A DNA stretch of 64,000 bases, from the NCBI GenBank assembly GCA_965603825.1, contig CBFDEM010000011.1, forward strand, positions 1,054,001-1,118,000. The letters run 5' to 3'. The position numbers were made by a program, and so were the translations under genes. The notes beneath the pieces are model-generated. The model did no database searches, was not told the DNA's origin, and saw nothing but the letters and a program-made list of their open reading frames with translations. Of this stretch, positions 35,961 through 48,297 are shown piece after piece. The DNA is from Blepharisma stoltei ATCC 30299. Taxonomy: Eukaryota > Protista > Ciliophora. The stretch's first letter is position 1, and the number at the start of each line of letters is the position of its first letter.

Positions 35961-37043
35961 ATGGAGCCAGGACTTCTTTTCACTCCTCCATCTTCAAATA
36001 AAGCTCGCAAAACTCTGCTTGCGTTATCAGGCATTCTTGGTGTGCTTTGTGTAATCTCAGTAGTTTCTTATTGCAACCAGCCTTCTCTATCAGCTTCTGC
36101 AACAAAGCAATATCAGTTCGAAGAACAAGAATTCCAAGACTACATGAAAAGATACCACAAGCAGTATACCCCTGAAGAATATGAGAGCCGCTTCTATATT
36201 TTCACTCAAAATTCTGCCTTTATTCGCATCCACAATTCCCTCAACAAATCCTGGACACTAGGCTACAATGAATTTACAGATCTTTCCCCAGAAGAATTTA
36301 AATCAATTTACTTACAAACCACACCAGCCCCTAGAATCCCAGCAAAGCCTTTATCTTCTTCTTTTGAAAAATCACTGAAAATCCCGCTAACTATCGATTG
36401 GAGAACACAAGGAGCTGTTACACCTGTAGGAAACCAAGGATCTTGCAAAGGAGGCTGGGCATTTGCAGCAGCGGGCGCTATTGAAGGAGTCTGGAAAATC
36501 GCAGGAAATCCTTTAGTTGCCTTATCAAAAGAGCAGCTTGTATCTTGCTCATCATCTTATGGAGCCGACGGCTGCAATGGTGGACTTCCAGAACAAGCTT
36601 TTGAGTACGTAATCGGAAATCCTGGACTTGCTAGCGATAAGGTCTATCCTTTTAACTCCGGAAACGGAATTGTCAACAACTGTGTACCTACCTTAGCAAG
36701 CCAAACTGCAGCCTCTATATCAGGATATGCAAATGTCGCACCAGTTGACGATCCTGCAGCTTTGATAGCCGCCATAACACAGCAGCCTATTGCAGTTGGT
36801 GTAGAAGCTGATCAATATGTATGGCAATACTATAAGACTGGAGTTATCACCAATAATTGTGGAACTAATATTAACCATTTTGCGTTGGTTGTAGGTTACA
36901 ATAATTCAGCCCAAGTTCCTTATTACATTGTGAAGAACTCATGGGGTGCTAATTGGGGAATGAGCGGGTACTTATATATTGCAATTGGAAGTGATACAGG
37001 AGTTTGCGGAATCCAAATGCTTTCGTCTTATCCAACCTTATAA
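35961..37043 (+). CDS. Papain-family (cathepsin L-like) protein lacking the catalytic Cys
   Basis: I29 propeptide, IDWR, QGSCKGGWAF (Cys25->Gly), GCNGG, NH, KNSWG. Confidence 0.93.
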   Translation: MEPGLLFTPPSSNKARKTLLALSGILGVLCVISVVSYCNQPSLSASATKQYQFEEQEFQDYMKRYHKQYTPEEYESRFYIFTQNSAFIRIHNSLNKSWTLGYNEFTDLSPEEFKSIYLQTTPAPRIPAKPLSSSFEKSLKIPLTIDWRTQGAVTPVGNQGSCKGGWAFAAAGAIEGVWKIAGNPLVALSKEQLVSCSSSYGADGCNGGLPEQAFEYVIGNPGLASDKVYPFNSGNGIVNNCVPTLASQTAASISGYANVAPVDDPAALIAAITQQPIAVGVEADQYVWQYYKTGVITNNCGTNINHFALVVGYNNSAQVPYYIVKNSWGANWGMSGYLYIAIGSDTGVCGIQMLSSYPTL

Positions 37044-37330
37044 GTTAACTTCAATTTCGTTAATTTAGATTTATAATTCTTTATTAAATTTGATATTAGC
37101 ATAATAAACTAATTGCATATGCTATTTAAGATTGTTGTATACATAATAGTAATTTTAAAGTACTATGGAATACATATAAGGATAAAATATTGAGGATGGT
37201 CAGTTATTGAAAGAACTATTTAGTATATTTTAAGCTGAAAAATAGCCTGAAAATAATAAAATTATGAATACTAATGCAAATCTCATATATTTTCACAAAT
37301 TGAAAAAAATAAAAAATTATCTAAATAATT

Positions 37331-38326
37331 ATGAGGAGAAGTCTTAGTGTCAAATCAATTGACGGATCTGTAGCCTCTTTCTCACAAAATACCCCAATTT
37401 TAAATTACCTACTAGAAAGAAACCAGAAGAAAAGAATAAATTCAACTAGCCAATGAGATGGATTCATGCTTAAAAAGTTAGAAAACGGCCAAGAAAATAC
37501 TCGAAGGATTAAATCCCCTCAGAGATGAAAAGAATTCACAAACGGTATAAGAACAGTCGACCCAACCTACCCAGTGCAAGAAGACAAACCAATCACAAAC
37601 CCAAAATCTGTGAAAAACCTAAACTCAGGAAACTTGACACAAATGATTTTTCAAGGGCATTCTAAAGATGAACTAGGGAATATGCATAAGCAAGTATTAA
37701 AGGAAGGGAAAAGAGTCCATAATAACGCAAACAGCAGTGAAGATTATGTTGAAAAAAGTATTGTTGATACCTATAAAAAGAAAAATTTTTATTTTGGCAG
37801 CAATAATAAAACTGAAAAAAGATTAAGAAGAGAAAATTCAATCAGCGTCGATAAGAAACAAAGCCAAATTACTACGATACCAGGACCACATAAACCATTC
37901 TATGAAAGACCTCAAACTGTTAAAGTTAAACGTGATTTTATATCACAGATATCAGAGCTTCCAGGCTCTTTAAAAAGCTCTGAGCCAGATTTAGATTCTT
38001 ATAATCCTTGGATTAAATTGTCAAGGCAAACCATAACCTCGGTCGAAAGTGAAAAAATTTATGGGACTCCTAGAGCAAGAAATGGACCAAAACGAGAAAT
38101 TTTACCAGGGAATATTCAACATTTTTCTAGCTATAGTTCAATAGGAGAACAAATTGAAGTATTTTTTATATAGTTTCATCCACATTACAAAGGCAAATTA
38201 ACAGATAAAGAAGCGTCCAAAAGACTGCTCAGCCCAAGTCGTATGGAAGATTCAGGGTTTACTAAAAGAAGTAAGCCAGAAAACGCTAGAGATATGTTCA
38301 GGAGCTCTATATCAATTTTAGGCTAA
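37331..38326 (+). CDS. Hypothetical basic low-complexity protein with SQIxx[IL]PG repeats (~326 aa); intron 38159-38173
   Basis: ATG 37331 is in frame through two TGA; the intron removes TAG 38173 and the frame continues to TAA 38326. Confidence 0.75.
38159..38173 (+). other. 15-nt intron GTATTTTTTATATAG
   Basis: GT..AG, A at position 10, removes in-frame TAG. Confidence 0.8.
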
Positions 38327-38420
38327 TTACTAAATTAATCAGAATCTCTACTAAATTATTTCTCTTTATTTTGATAAATCATCTAAATCTTCCCATTAAA
38401 AATTAGCTCTTTATTATTAA

Positions 38421-39800
38421 ATGGAGGAATTTTTTCAACACAAACAAATTCTGTTAGAGAATGATCAAAAGGACTTTAATTTTTTATCCCCAACTGATAT
38501 TGAATTGCAAGCATCCCAAAAATTCAATTGATTAAAAAATGATTTTTTAGCAAATTTCACTATAGAAGAAATGCTTGATTATTGAGATGTCAAAGATTCA
38601 GTTATTCACACAAAGCTCTTTGAAGTATTGAAAAAAATGCCAAAAGGAGCTTTATTGCACATTCATAGCAGTACAATGATGCACTCCCAAGAGTTTATAG
38701 ATTTTTTGAAATCTGACTCACAAATTTATGTGCAATTAATAGATGAGAAAATAATTTTATTACCAAATTTTATTGAAAATTCAGTCCCATTATCCGAATT
38801 TTTAAAAATTGATGGGAATGAAAAAGCTTTATTAGACTCACTAGAAATGACACGAGGAACTTCAATGGGCTTGCCTAGCGAGCGTTGGATTAAATTTGGT
38901 CAACTTTTTTCTACTTCAGCAAAATTATTTAGCGAAAAAAGATTCCGAGAAAATTATTTTAACTTGGCATATTCTCAATTATATGAAGACAACATCCAAA
39001 GGGTAGAAATAAGGACTAACTTCGGGAGAACTGGCTATATTGATAACGGAAGAATTCTGACTATTGATGAAGCTGCAGAATCATTTAAAACTGCCACTGA
39101 TAGATTTCGGTCTATTCATAATGATTTTTCTAGCGGGTTTATTATAGCTTGCCATAAACTTTTGTCTCGTCAAAAAGTTATAGAAGCTGCTGAAGATGCC
39201 TTGAGGCTTCATTTATTATACCCAGATTTTATTTTAGGATTTGACATAGTAGGTGAAGAAGAACAATATAATGAAACAGAAGAAATTTATGAATGTGTTT
39301 ACCAGGTAAAAAGCAAAGCCAAAGAAAATGGGCAAGATTTTCCTATGTTTTTTCATGCTGGAGAAGTAGTAAGCAAGCATGCTCCGACTATTTATGATGC
39401 TTTTGTACTGGAAAGCAAGAGGATTGGCCATGGAATTTCTTTGATCAAGCACCCAGTCCTTATGCAGATTGCAAAAACTAAAAAAATTACTATAGAGTGC
39501 TGCCCTATTAGTAATATGCTGCTTGGGTATGTGAGAGATTTAAGGGTTCACGCAGGCCTTGCCTATTTAAATCAAGGTCTTTCAGTCGCTATTGGCTCAG
39601 ATGCACCTGGATTATTTGGGTATAGAGGAGTTACACATGATTGGTTGTGGATTTGCATATTATGGGGAATTGATTTAATGCAGGTTAAAAGATTGGTAAA
39701 AAATAGCATTGATGGGTGTACAGAACCTGATGAAACTAGAAGAATTTGGGAGCCGAAATGGGCTGAATTCGTTAATTATTTAGCTAATTTAGAGATTTAA
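38421..39800 (+). CDS. ADA2: Adenosine deaminase 2 / ADGF-like (~459 aa)
   Basis: MPKGALLHIH, GFDIVGEE, FFHAGE, RIGHG, ECCPISN; ATG 38421 in frame via TGA 38583. Confidence 0.9.
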
Positions 39801-39920
39801 TTATATTTTAGTATAAATTAAATTTGTTTTCATCGTCTTGACATAAAAAATTAATTATCTATTATATTTAATAATAGAAATTCACAATTTATACATTATT
39901 TCATAGAAGACTAATTAAAA

Positions 39921-40952
39921 ATGTCTAGATATTTCGGAAAACTTAAAGATTACCTATATGGCTACTCCAATTGCAGCACCCCAGAACCAGAGCCCACTCC
40001 TTCCGAAAATTCCAAAAAAGAAGAAGCCGAGCCTATAATTTTTGATGAAATGGAAAATCCTGCTCTAATTGAGCAAATGCGTAAACATCCCTTACGTCCT
40101 TCAAGCTTCGAAGCTCTTGTGCAGCCTCTTAAAATGGCTACAATGGTAGAGCCATTAGAAGGTTTTAAATGTGACTTTGGCATTGGGCTTTCTCCTCATT
40201 TATCAATACAAAACTCAATCACTTTGAATCAAGGCCCAGGAGGCAATTATGAGGCCAATTTTATGTATGTAGGAGGCCAAATGGCCAATGCTTATGACTA
40301 TATATCTCCAAGCCCTTTTCTAATGGCCAGAGTTACACCTGGAAGCGGAAAACAAGATATTAAAGCAATTTTTAAAGGAGAAAATGATATGGAATACAGA
40401 CTTACAGCTAATTATATGCCGGAATACCAAAAAGATGGCCAAGTTATGTTAGAAGTCGACAAATCTGGAGAAGATTATGTCGCAGGCTTCAAATTTGGCA
40501 TCGCTGGTGAGCTTTTTTCATATCATTACACACAAAGTTTGACGAAAAATCTTGTAGCAGGCATTGATGTAATGAGTATGCTGAAACCTCGCTCAGTGGT
40601 CTTGTTCAGCTATGGAGGAAAATATACCTTTGGATCCACATCTTATTATTTCCAACATTTTGCGCCTGCCGGAATCTACCAGTTTGGTGCCTTAATAAAG
40701 TCTACCAATAATATAACTTATACTACAGAGCTGAATTACAGCAAAATGGGACAAGAAAACTTTGAATTTGTAGGAGGGATTAGTATAAGGTTTAGCAGAG
40801 CCAAAATGAATGCTCAATTTAAGAGCTCTGGAGTTGTCTCAGCCGTATTAACCCAAGTGATAAACCCAATTATCAGAATTAGCTTACATTCAGAAATGGA
40901 TTTAGCAAAAGGAGGACAGAAGTTTGGGATTGGGGTAGCTGTAGGGCAATAA
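39921..40952 (+). CDS. TOM40: Mitochondrial outer membrane translocase Tom40 (Porin_3 beta-barrel)
   Basis: PSSFE...EGFK.D...GLSPH, YTQSLTKNL.AG, and C-terminal beta-signal KFGIGVAVG. Confidence 0.85.
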   Translation: MSRYFGKLKDYLYGYSNCSTPEPEPTPSENSKKEEAEPIIFDEMENPALIEQMRKHPLRPSSFEALVQPLKMATMVEPLEGFKCDFGIGLSPHLSIQNSITLNQGPGGNYEANFMYVGGQMANAYDYISPSPFLMARVTPGSGKQDIKAIFKGENDMEYRLTANYMPEYQKDGQVMLEVDKSGEDYVAGFKFGIAGELFSYHYTQSLTKNLVAGIDVMSMLKPRSVVLFSYGGKYTFGSTSYYFQHFAPAGIYQFGALIKSTNNITYTTELNYSKMGQENFEFVGGISIRFSRAKMNAQFKSSGVVSAVLTQVINPIIRISLHSEMDLAKGGQKFGIGVAVGQ

Positions 40953-40994
40953 TTTAAATAATATAAGTTACAGAAATATTTAATTTCTAAGAAA

Positions 40995-42041
40995 ATGTCA
41001 ACTCCTTCTCCTATAACCCAAACCACCCCAAATCAGCGTATCAGAGGACCTCCTGAGCTTGATCCGGATTTTGCTATGAAATTAATTGAAAAAGAAGTCG
41101 AACTCGAAAAAAGTTGACAAGCAGAAACTGTCCATGACTTAGTGCTTCTGTATACACAAATTATTGAGTATTATGAGTACTATAAGGACCCTAAATATTA
41201 TGATTTTCAAGATAGGATGCATAAAATGCTGGTAAAGCCTAAAGTTATTGAAGCGATACAGGAAGAGAAAAAGGAAAAAATACAGGTTAGGGATAGGTCG
41301 ATGTCTTCGTCACCAAAATTGACTCCGATACAAAGTAATGAAGAAATTATTTTGGAAAGAAAAAAAGAAGCTGAAAAACAAAAAAATCATTTGAATGCTG
41401 AATTAAATAAAAATATTGTGAATACTTCTCATAAACAAGTGAGAAATGTAAATAGAATCATAAAAATCCATGAGACCAATACAAAAGAAATAGCAAGCAA
41501 AGCAATGGGAGATTTTAAGTCTCAAGATGAAGATTTAGAACGAAGGCTTGCTAGTAGGAAAAAAGTAATGACAGATCGAAGTATGGACTCTGCTAATGGG
41601 GATTATCAAAGATCATATTCCCCTCAAGCTCCTAAAGTTTATGATATTGATGAAGAGGAGGAATATAAGGGGGAAGAAAATGTGCTTTGTAAATCAATGG
41701 ACATTGAAAATGAAGTAGAAGCAGCAGAAGAAGCTGCAGAAGCAGGAGCAGATGAATCGGGAGGATTAGGCTTAAGCTTTTCATTAATAGGCGGCCTAGA
41801 AGACCAGCTCGAAGACTTAATGGAAAAAAGTTTTTCTGAAAAAGCTGCAAAAATCGCTGAAGTCAAAGTAAAATACGAAACCCAAATTCGTGAGCTCGAA
41901 GGCCAAGGTGGCTTAATGAACTTAGTAATAGACCAAATGAAAGAAAACATGCGCCAAGAAATTGAAAACTTAACCATAGAGCTCGACAATAAAAGAAGGC
42001 AGGAAATCAGAAATTTAAAAGAAAGTTTCCAGTTAAAATAA
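40995..42041 (+). CDS. Hypothetical coiled-coil protein (~348 aa)
   Basis: ATG 40995 is in frame with ORF 41142 via one TGA; LY..IIEYY motif; ends TAA. Confidence 0.8.
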
Positions 42042-43718
42042 TTAATTAACGCCATGTGCTTCTTTGTACTTAATAAATTCCACCAAATTTTCTAATGCTT
42101 CCCCACATCTTTCTTTAAGTTCTTCATCCTCTAATTTAGCAGCATGTCTGAATACTAGATTTGAGCCGCTTTTCATAAGCCCAATCACTCTCAGCTCAAT
42201 TAAAACACTATCATATCTTTCGTCATTAAAAATATCGAAAAAGGCGTTTAAGACTTCGCATTTCATGTTCATGTCTCCTTTTGTGGCACAGAAAAGAAGG
42301 GTGTTAACAATCATTCGGGCTTGGTCGACGGTGAGCTCTTCTTGGGCACAAACTGATAAAGCTGCGATTAGGTTGCTAGCGATGGGGATTGGCAATTGGT
42401 TTATTAAAGTACAGATTTCTTGGATATAGCTGACCTTGTTAGCCTACATAAAAATTACAAATGCATTTCCATATTTTTTACCAAAGCATAATAAGACTTG
42501 ACTTATAATATCAAGCAGTTCTTCTACGTTTTCTTTGCAATCCACATCTTCTTCAATAAAGTCTGCAATTTTCCGGATTTGTCCGAATAAAAAGTCCCAA
42601 AAATTTTGGGCTCCGACAGTTTGAACCAAATGATCAGTATTTAATACTAAATTTTGGACACAATAAAAAGCTGCACATTGAAGCTCAAAAACTTTGCTTA
42701 AAATTTCTGGAAAAGCTTCTAAATTTTGACCGAATTCTTGTGTAAACCCATTGGCAGCTCTCATTATATCATTTATCAATGCATTATTCATAAATTGATT
42801 ACCTATAGGGACTTCTTCATCTTCTACAGCTAATAAATTTGTAATTATTTCGAGTGAAATTTCTTGAGCTTTTACCCCATTGTTTCATATTTCTAAAGCA
42901 TTCCCATTGTTTTCTTCATTAATTACAGGTATAACATGATTCATTAAATCTGAATACACATCAACCTGCAAGCTTTTTCCACAGGGGAATATAACATATT
43001 CCCCAAGCAGCTGCGTTTGGTTTTTAACAATGCAAAAATTAGAGATAAGCAAGACTATATTCATTTTATTGTCTGGTGTTAAATCTCCATCAGTGACTAA
43101 GCTATATAAATTATTGAAAAAGGTTCCAATTAAGTCACAAGCTTGAGCATTTTCTTCAGAAAAAGCATTTAACAGATCCAAACAAGGCGAAATATAGCTC
43201 GCATTTTTTGCGATGATTTTATTTATGCATTCTTGGATTATTGGGGAATTTTGTAAAGACTGTATAAAAGTCTCGTTTTCTTGGCATAAAGATTCTAATA
43301 AATATAAGGTTGTTTGGACTATAGTAATGATTAATTGCTCTTCTTGTTTAGAATTAGGTAGGATTGGGTCTACTAGGAAATATTGATTTATGATAGGGTC
43401 TATTAAATTTAGAACTCCTAAACGTAATAAATCGCCTGAATATTCTTGTGTAAGAGAGATTGCTGCTTGGAGTGCTGAAAGCTGGACTGATAAAGATGCG
43501 TCTGAAATCCTTTCTACTATAAGCTTGACATAGCTAATATCAGGGATGCTTTTCATGTTAGCTACTGCAATGCAGCCGATTTCTCTTTCTCTTTCAGAAG
43601 TACTTCTGAGCTAAATTAGAGTTACATAGCCTTTTAAATCGCTTTCGGCTGGGAAATTCTCACTTTTAAGGGGATCAAAGCGGAAATTTTTGTTTCGTGA
43701 AGGCTTTGATTTTACCAT
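42042..43718 (-). CDS. HEATR3: HEATR3/Syo1-like ARM/HEAT repeat protein (~548 aa); introns 43611-43625 and 42444-42458
   Basis: N-terminus MVKSKPSRNKNFRFDP and C-terminal EVLNAFFDIFND...EALENLVEFIKYK are characteristic of Syo1/HEATR3; joined via two introns and TGA 42885. Confidence 0.8.
42444..42458 (-). other. 15-nt intron GTAATTTTTATGTAG
   Basis: GT..AG, A at position 10, removes in-frame TAG. Confidence 0.88.
43611..43625 (-). other. 15-nt intron GTAACTCTAATTTAG
   Basis: GT..AG, A at position 10, removes in-frame TAG. Confidence 0.88.
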
Positions 43719-43983
43719 AATTTTTTATTAATATTTATTGTGGAGAAGAAGAAATAGAAATAATAGTTATTATAGATGCTTTGCAGTAGGGGAGTATGAA
43801 TAATGATTCGTTAATCGTTTTAGAGAAAAGAGTGTTTTTTGGACTATTTGGCTATTTATAGTTAGGGTAAATGTTTTAAATGATAATGAATTTATGAACT
43901 TCAATTAAAATTTACCTTGGAATGTGTTGATAAAAATAATAATAAATCTTCATTTATTTACAGTTATTTTTCAATAAATAGAT

Positions 43984-45366
43984 ATGCGTAAATCCATTCC
44001 TCTCAGGATTTCCATAAAAATGGTTTCAGAAGCACCAAAGCTAAAAATTTCAATAAAAACAGAAAATAGAGAACAAGTAAAATCAAGAGAGCAAACTAAA
44101 AGAGAAGGTATCGTAAAAATTCTTGAAAAACCAGGAGCTTTAAAATGGTTAAAATCCACATCAGGTGCTAGATTCCAAAAAGTATGATCATCATTATCTC
44201 CTTCTCCTGTAATAAGTATTTCACAGTTAAATAACTGAGATGTTATCAATGGATATATTGGCCCAAAATTTAAAAATCGAGATTCTCAGCTCCCCCATGC
44301 ACCTTTCACAAAAAGTCCTGGTCTTCAAATGGGGATGATCTGTCCAAAAGTTTTATCAGAAAAAGAGCCAAAGCAATCTTTAAACAAAGCATTATCCTAT
44401 ATTGGGCTAAGAAAAAAAGGGCATGATAGGGCTGATGCGATTTATTTGAGCTCAATACAAGCTTTTCGGGCTGAGAAAAATAAAGAAAAATGCTGCTCAA
44501 AAGAAATGCTGAAGCTTAAAACATTTGAAGGTTTTAATGAAAATAAGGATGAGGCTTATGGGTCGTTGATAAATGATTATGATGAATTTCGAAAAATGTT
44601 TGAAATTTCTAATGGAGCTATTAAAAAGAAAGAAAATTATGAAGAACTTTTTAAGCCCACACATGTAATGACTGCGAGAGAAAAAAAGAAAATAAATATA
44701 GATTGTGTGAGTGATGCTTTTTCCGCTGGATCAGCTTCGCCGCACTACTTGAGACAGTCTGATTTTATAAGTATTTTAAATAGTGAAAATAGCGTGCTAG
44801 AAGCGGAAACAGAGGAATCTTATAGGAAACCTATTAGGAAAGGGATTCCAAAGTCTCAAAGAATTTCTAAGCATATTGATAGGACTTTTAATAATAAAAT
44901 TTCCCATGAAAAATTAGACGAAATAAAAGATGATTCCGTTGAAATTGCAGGAAAAGAATTAAAAGGCATTTTAGATGGAAATAGAATTACATTTAACCTT
45001 GATGACCTTAATCAAGAATTGATAAATGAGTTAAAAGAAAAAAAAAAGAGAAATGAGAAAAAGACAAAAGAAACCATAAAAGATATTAGAATAAAACAAA
45101 ATAAAAAACTGAAAGGCAGAGAAAAATTAGGAACTTCACAAAATATTCATAATCAATATCACCAAAATTTAAATCTAATGAGATTATCTGTGAGAAAAAA
45201 TAAAAATGAAGAAGAGGAAATGATCAGAAATATTCTTTTGGAAAAGAGTAAAAATCCAAAGAAAAAGGAGCTTTCACGAATAAAAAGCTCTGATAAGGAT
45301 TTTTTCAATTCACAACTTGAGAAAAAACTGTCATCTATAAGCAGTATCAGTGAGCGTTTTTCTTAA
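43984..45366 (+). CDS. Hypothetical Lys-rich protein (~460 aa)
   Basis: ORFs 43984 and 44329 are in frame via TGA 44185 and 44236. Confidence 0.75.
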
Positions 45367-45850
45367 TTTTATATTATATTATATGAGGGGGTTATTAACA
45401 AGAAACTCAAGATTAAAGTGTAAAATAATATTAATTAAATATAATTTCCAGAGATAAACATAAATCTTACACATTTGCTTCTGAAAGATAATTTATATTA
45501 GTTATAAATCTACTGCTCAAAGTCTATAAATTATGTAAGCATAAAATGGCTAATCATTTAGTAGCTGACCTAACTAAAATTTTTTCTAAGATTATTTGAA
45601 ATTCATTTTAAATGGCTCAATTATCTTGTGGACGCTTAATTTAATCCTTCTTATTATATACATGATCAAAAACTTATTTCCATTTTGTAAACAATTCACC
45701 ATTATTTATTTATAAATTCATTGATCCTAAATTTTCCAAATTATGTTAAAAATTTTCACTAAGAAATAATGTATGGTAAATAAAATTTCCAACACTCCTA
45801 TTATCATCTTATCAGCTTATTATTTAAAATTTTATTATAATTATATTGAA

Positions 45851-47665
45851 ATGGGCTTTTTAGAAGTTGGTGAACCTCCATTGTCCTTTGAAGAATCAAA
45901 AGCACTGGCTGAGTACATTCGAGAACATGGTGCTATCCAATTTGTGCAACTCTATAACGGTCATAAAGATCATCACACCCCAGCTCTCCGTTGGGGGGAA
46001 GAAATGGAATATCATGCAGTTCAGCTTGATGAAGAACATCATAAAGCCAAAATATTTCTCAGAGCAATTGATGTTATCAATGCATTAAACGCTGCAGAAG
46101 AGCTAACGAATGGTAGCTTGATTTGGCATGTGGAATATGGTGCATGGATGATAGAAAGCGTCCCAAAATTTCCTTATAATCATTACATTCAAGATTTATT
46201 AACAGTCGAACCTAAAATGGTCCTAAGAAGAATGAAAATGAAGACTATTTTGCAAGCTATAAACCCTTCCCTTTGTCCTTTATCTATACCTTGCTTCCCA
46301 CTGCTTGGAGTTGGTGATGACTATTTTTGTCCAAAAGAAGGACCAGATTTTTTAAATAATGCAAGCCAAAGCTTATACCTTGACGATAGAGTTATATGCC
46401 CTCATCCTAGATTCCCAACACTTACTAAAGGAATTGTGACACGTCGAGGAAAACCTGTAAATATCAAAATTCCTTTATTTCAAGACGAAAATACAAACCC
46501 TCAAGATGAGCCATATCCAGGTTTTATTCATATGGATGCATGTGGATTCGGAATGGGTATGTGCTGCTTGCAGGTAACATTAAATGCTACAAGTCTATTT
46601 GAAGCAAGGTCACTCTATGACCAGCTTGCTCCTTTGACACCTGTTATGCTTGCATTATCAGCCTGCACACCATTTTTTAAAGGAAAATTAGCAAATACTG
46701 ATACGAGATGGGAAGTTTTGGTTCAAGCTATGGACGATAGGACTGATGAAGAAAAAAATATAGGCTGAAGATCCCGATATGGAGGAGTTTCCCGATACAT
46801 TTCTCAATGTGCTAAATTAAAGCCTGAGTATAATGATATAAATGTCCCTTATCACGCTCCTACCTATGATTATTTACTATCTCAAGGTATTGATGAAATT
46901 TTAGCAAAGCATATAGCAGTAATCATGATTAGAGATCCATTAGTTATTTTCCCTGATAAAGTATATGTAGATGATACTACCACTACAATGCATTTTGAAA
47001 ACCTTCAAAGCACTAATTGAAACTCCTTAAGGTTTAAACCGCCGCCATCAATGGACTCAGATATCTGCTGAAGGGTAGAATTCAGGCCTATGGATGTCCA
47101 GATTACTGACTTTGAAAACGCAGCATATTCAATTTTCTTGATTTTATTATCCCGCATGATTGTAGCTTTAAAATTAAACTTTTTGATACCTATGTCACAA
47201 GTTGATGAAAATCTTCAAAGAGCTTCTGTTAAAGATGCAATTTTAAGCCAAAAATTCTGGTTTAGGCTAAATGTCATTGGAGCTGACTGCAAGGAGCGGC
47301 AATTTTTCATGGATTCTACTAAAAATTCTCAAGACAGAATTGAAGAGCTTACCATGAGAGAAATCTTTTTAGGGACGCCAGAGTTTGAAGGGCTTTTAGG
47401 CTTGCTTGAAATTTATCTAAAAGAAGTAGTAAAATGTCCAGAAGAAGATTATAACCAGCTGAAAAAATATTTGGATTTAATTAAAAGAAGGGTTATTGGG
47501 GAAACCCCTACAGGAGCTGCATATTTGAGAAATTTCATTGTAAATCACCCGGATTATGCGAAAGATTCAATTATCAATGGAAATATTGCATTTGATTTAG
47601 TGAAAATTTGTGCTGACGCAAGAGTTGACTGGCTGCTGCCAAAAATAAATGGCACAAGTAGTTAG
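45851..47665 (+). CDS. GCLC: Glutamate-cysteine ligase catalytic subunit (~604 aa)
   Basis: MGFLEVGEP, WGEEMEY, MDACGFGMGMCCLQVT, HFENLQSTNW(TGA)NSLRFKPPP, W(TGA)RVEFRPMDVQITDFENAA. Confidence 0.97.
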
Positions 47666-47709
47666 GTTAAGATAAAAATTTCTAATAAATATGATTTTTA
47701 ATAAGAAAA

Positions 47710-48297
47710 TTATTGGAAAAAATCGTGAGAAATATACTCTTTATTACAATCCGGGCATCTTGGGTGTCTTGCTGTGGTTAGTCATTGCTCTATACAATTT
47801 GTGTGAAACGCATGCTTGCATTTGGTAATCCTCACTGGGTCACTTGTTTTAAAATCTGTTAAGCAAATCGCACACGTAGGCTCTCCAGTGAATTCGGTAT
47901 TTTCTGTGTATACAAATGTGGAGGCATCTTGATCTATTTGCTGCTTTGTTATATGATTTTCATCGTTTTCTTCATAAGAAGCATTTGGACTGATTCTATT
48001 GAACCAGCTGAAAAAATTGATCTTAGTTGATATATATATAAGGAGTGCCCTAAATATATGTTACAAAATAAAAATAATACCTATTACGCATCCAAGTATT
48101 ATGCATATCTGTTTTCAATCAAATTCACTGTCAGAGCTGTTACAGCTCTTGTTATCATAATTGCATTCCTTTGTATTGCAATCTTTATCGCATTTATCAT
48201 TATTAAGCTGCTCTTCTGTGCATAAACAGCCAGGCAAACTTGATTGTTGATAAGATATGTGAAGTATTGCCAGCGATATAATAATACCGAGTGACAT
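47710..48297 (-). CDS. Signal peptide + LNR (Notch) repeat + TM + RING-H2 protein (~190 aa); intron 48050-48064
   Basis: LNNDKCDKDCNTKECNYDNKSC (LNR), hydrophobic ICIILGCVIGIIFILALLIYI, CAICLTDF...CKHAFHTNCIEQW(TGA)L...CPDC. Confidence 0.88.
48050..48064 (-). other. 15-nt intron GTAACATATATTTAG
   Basis: GT..AG, A at position 10, removes in-frame TAA inside the TM helix. Confidence 0.88.

Noticed and set aside
45773-45850. N-terminal extensions in the track (GCLC 45773; also 61463, 57673, 22688, 35009)
   Set aside because: AT-rich leader sequence or non-ATG starts; conserved or plausible starts are downstream
45851-47665. TGA as selenocysteine or cysteine
   Set aside because: TGA aligns with conserved Trp, not Cys, and swaps with TGG between paralogs
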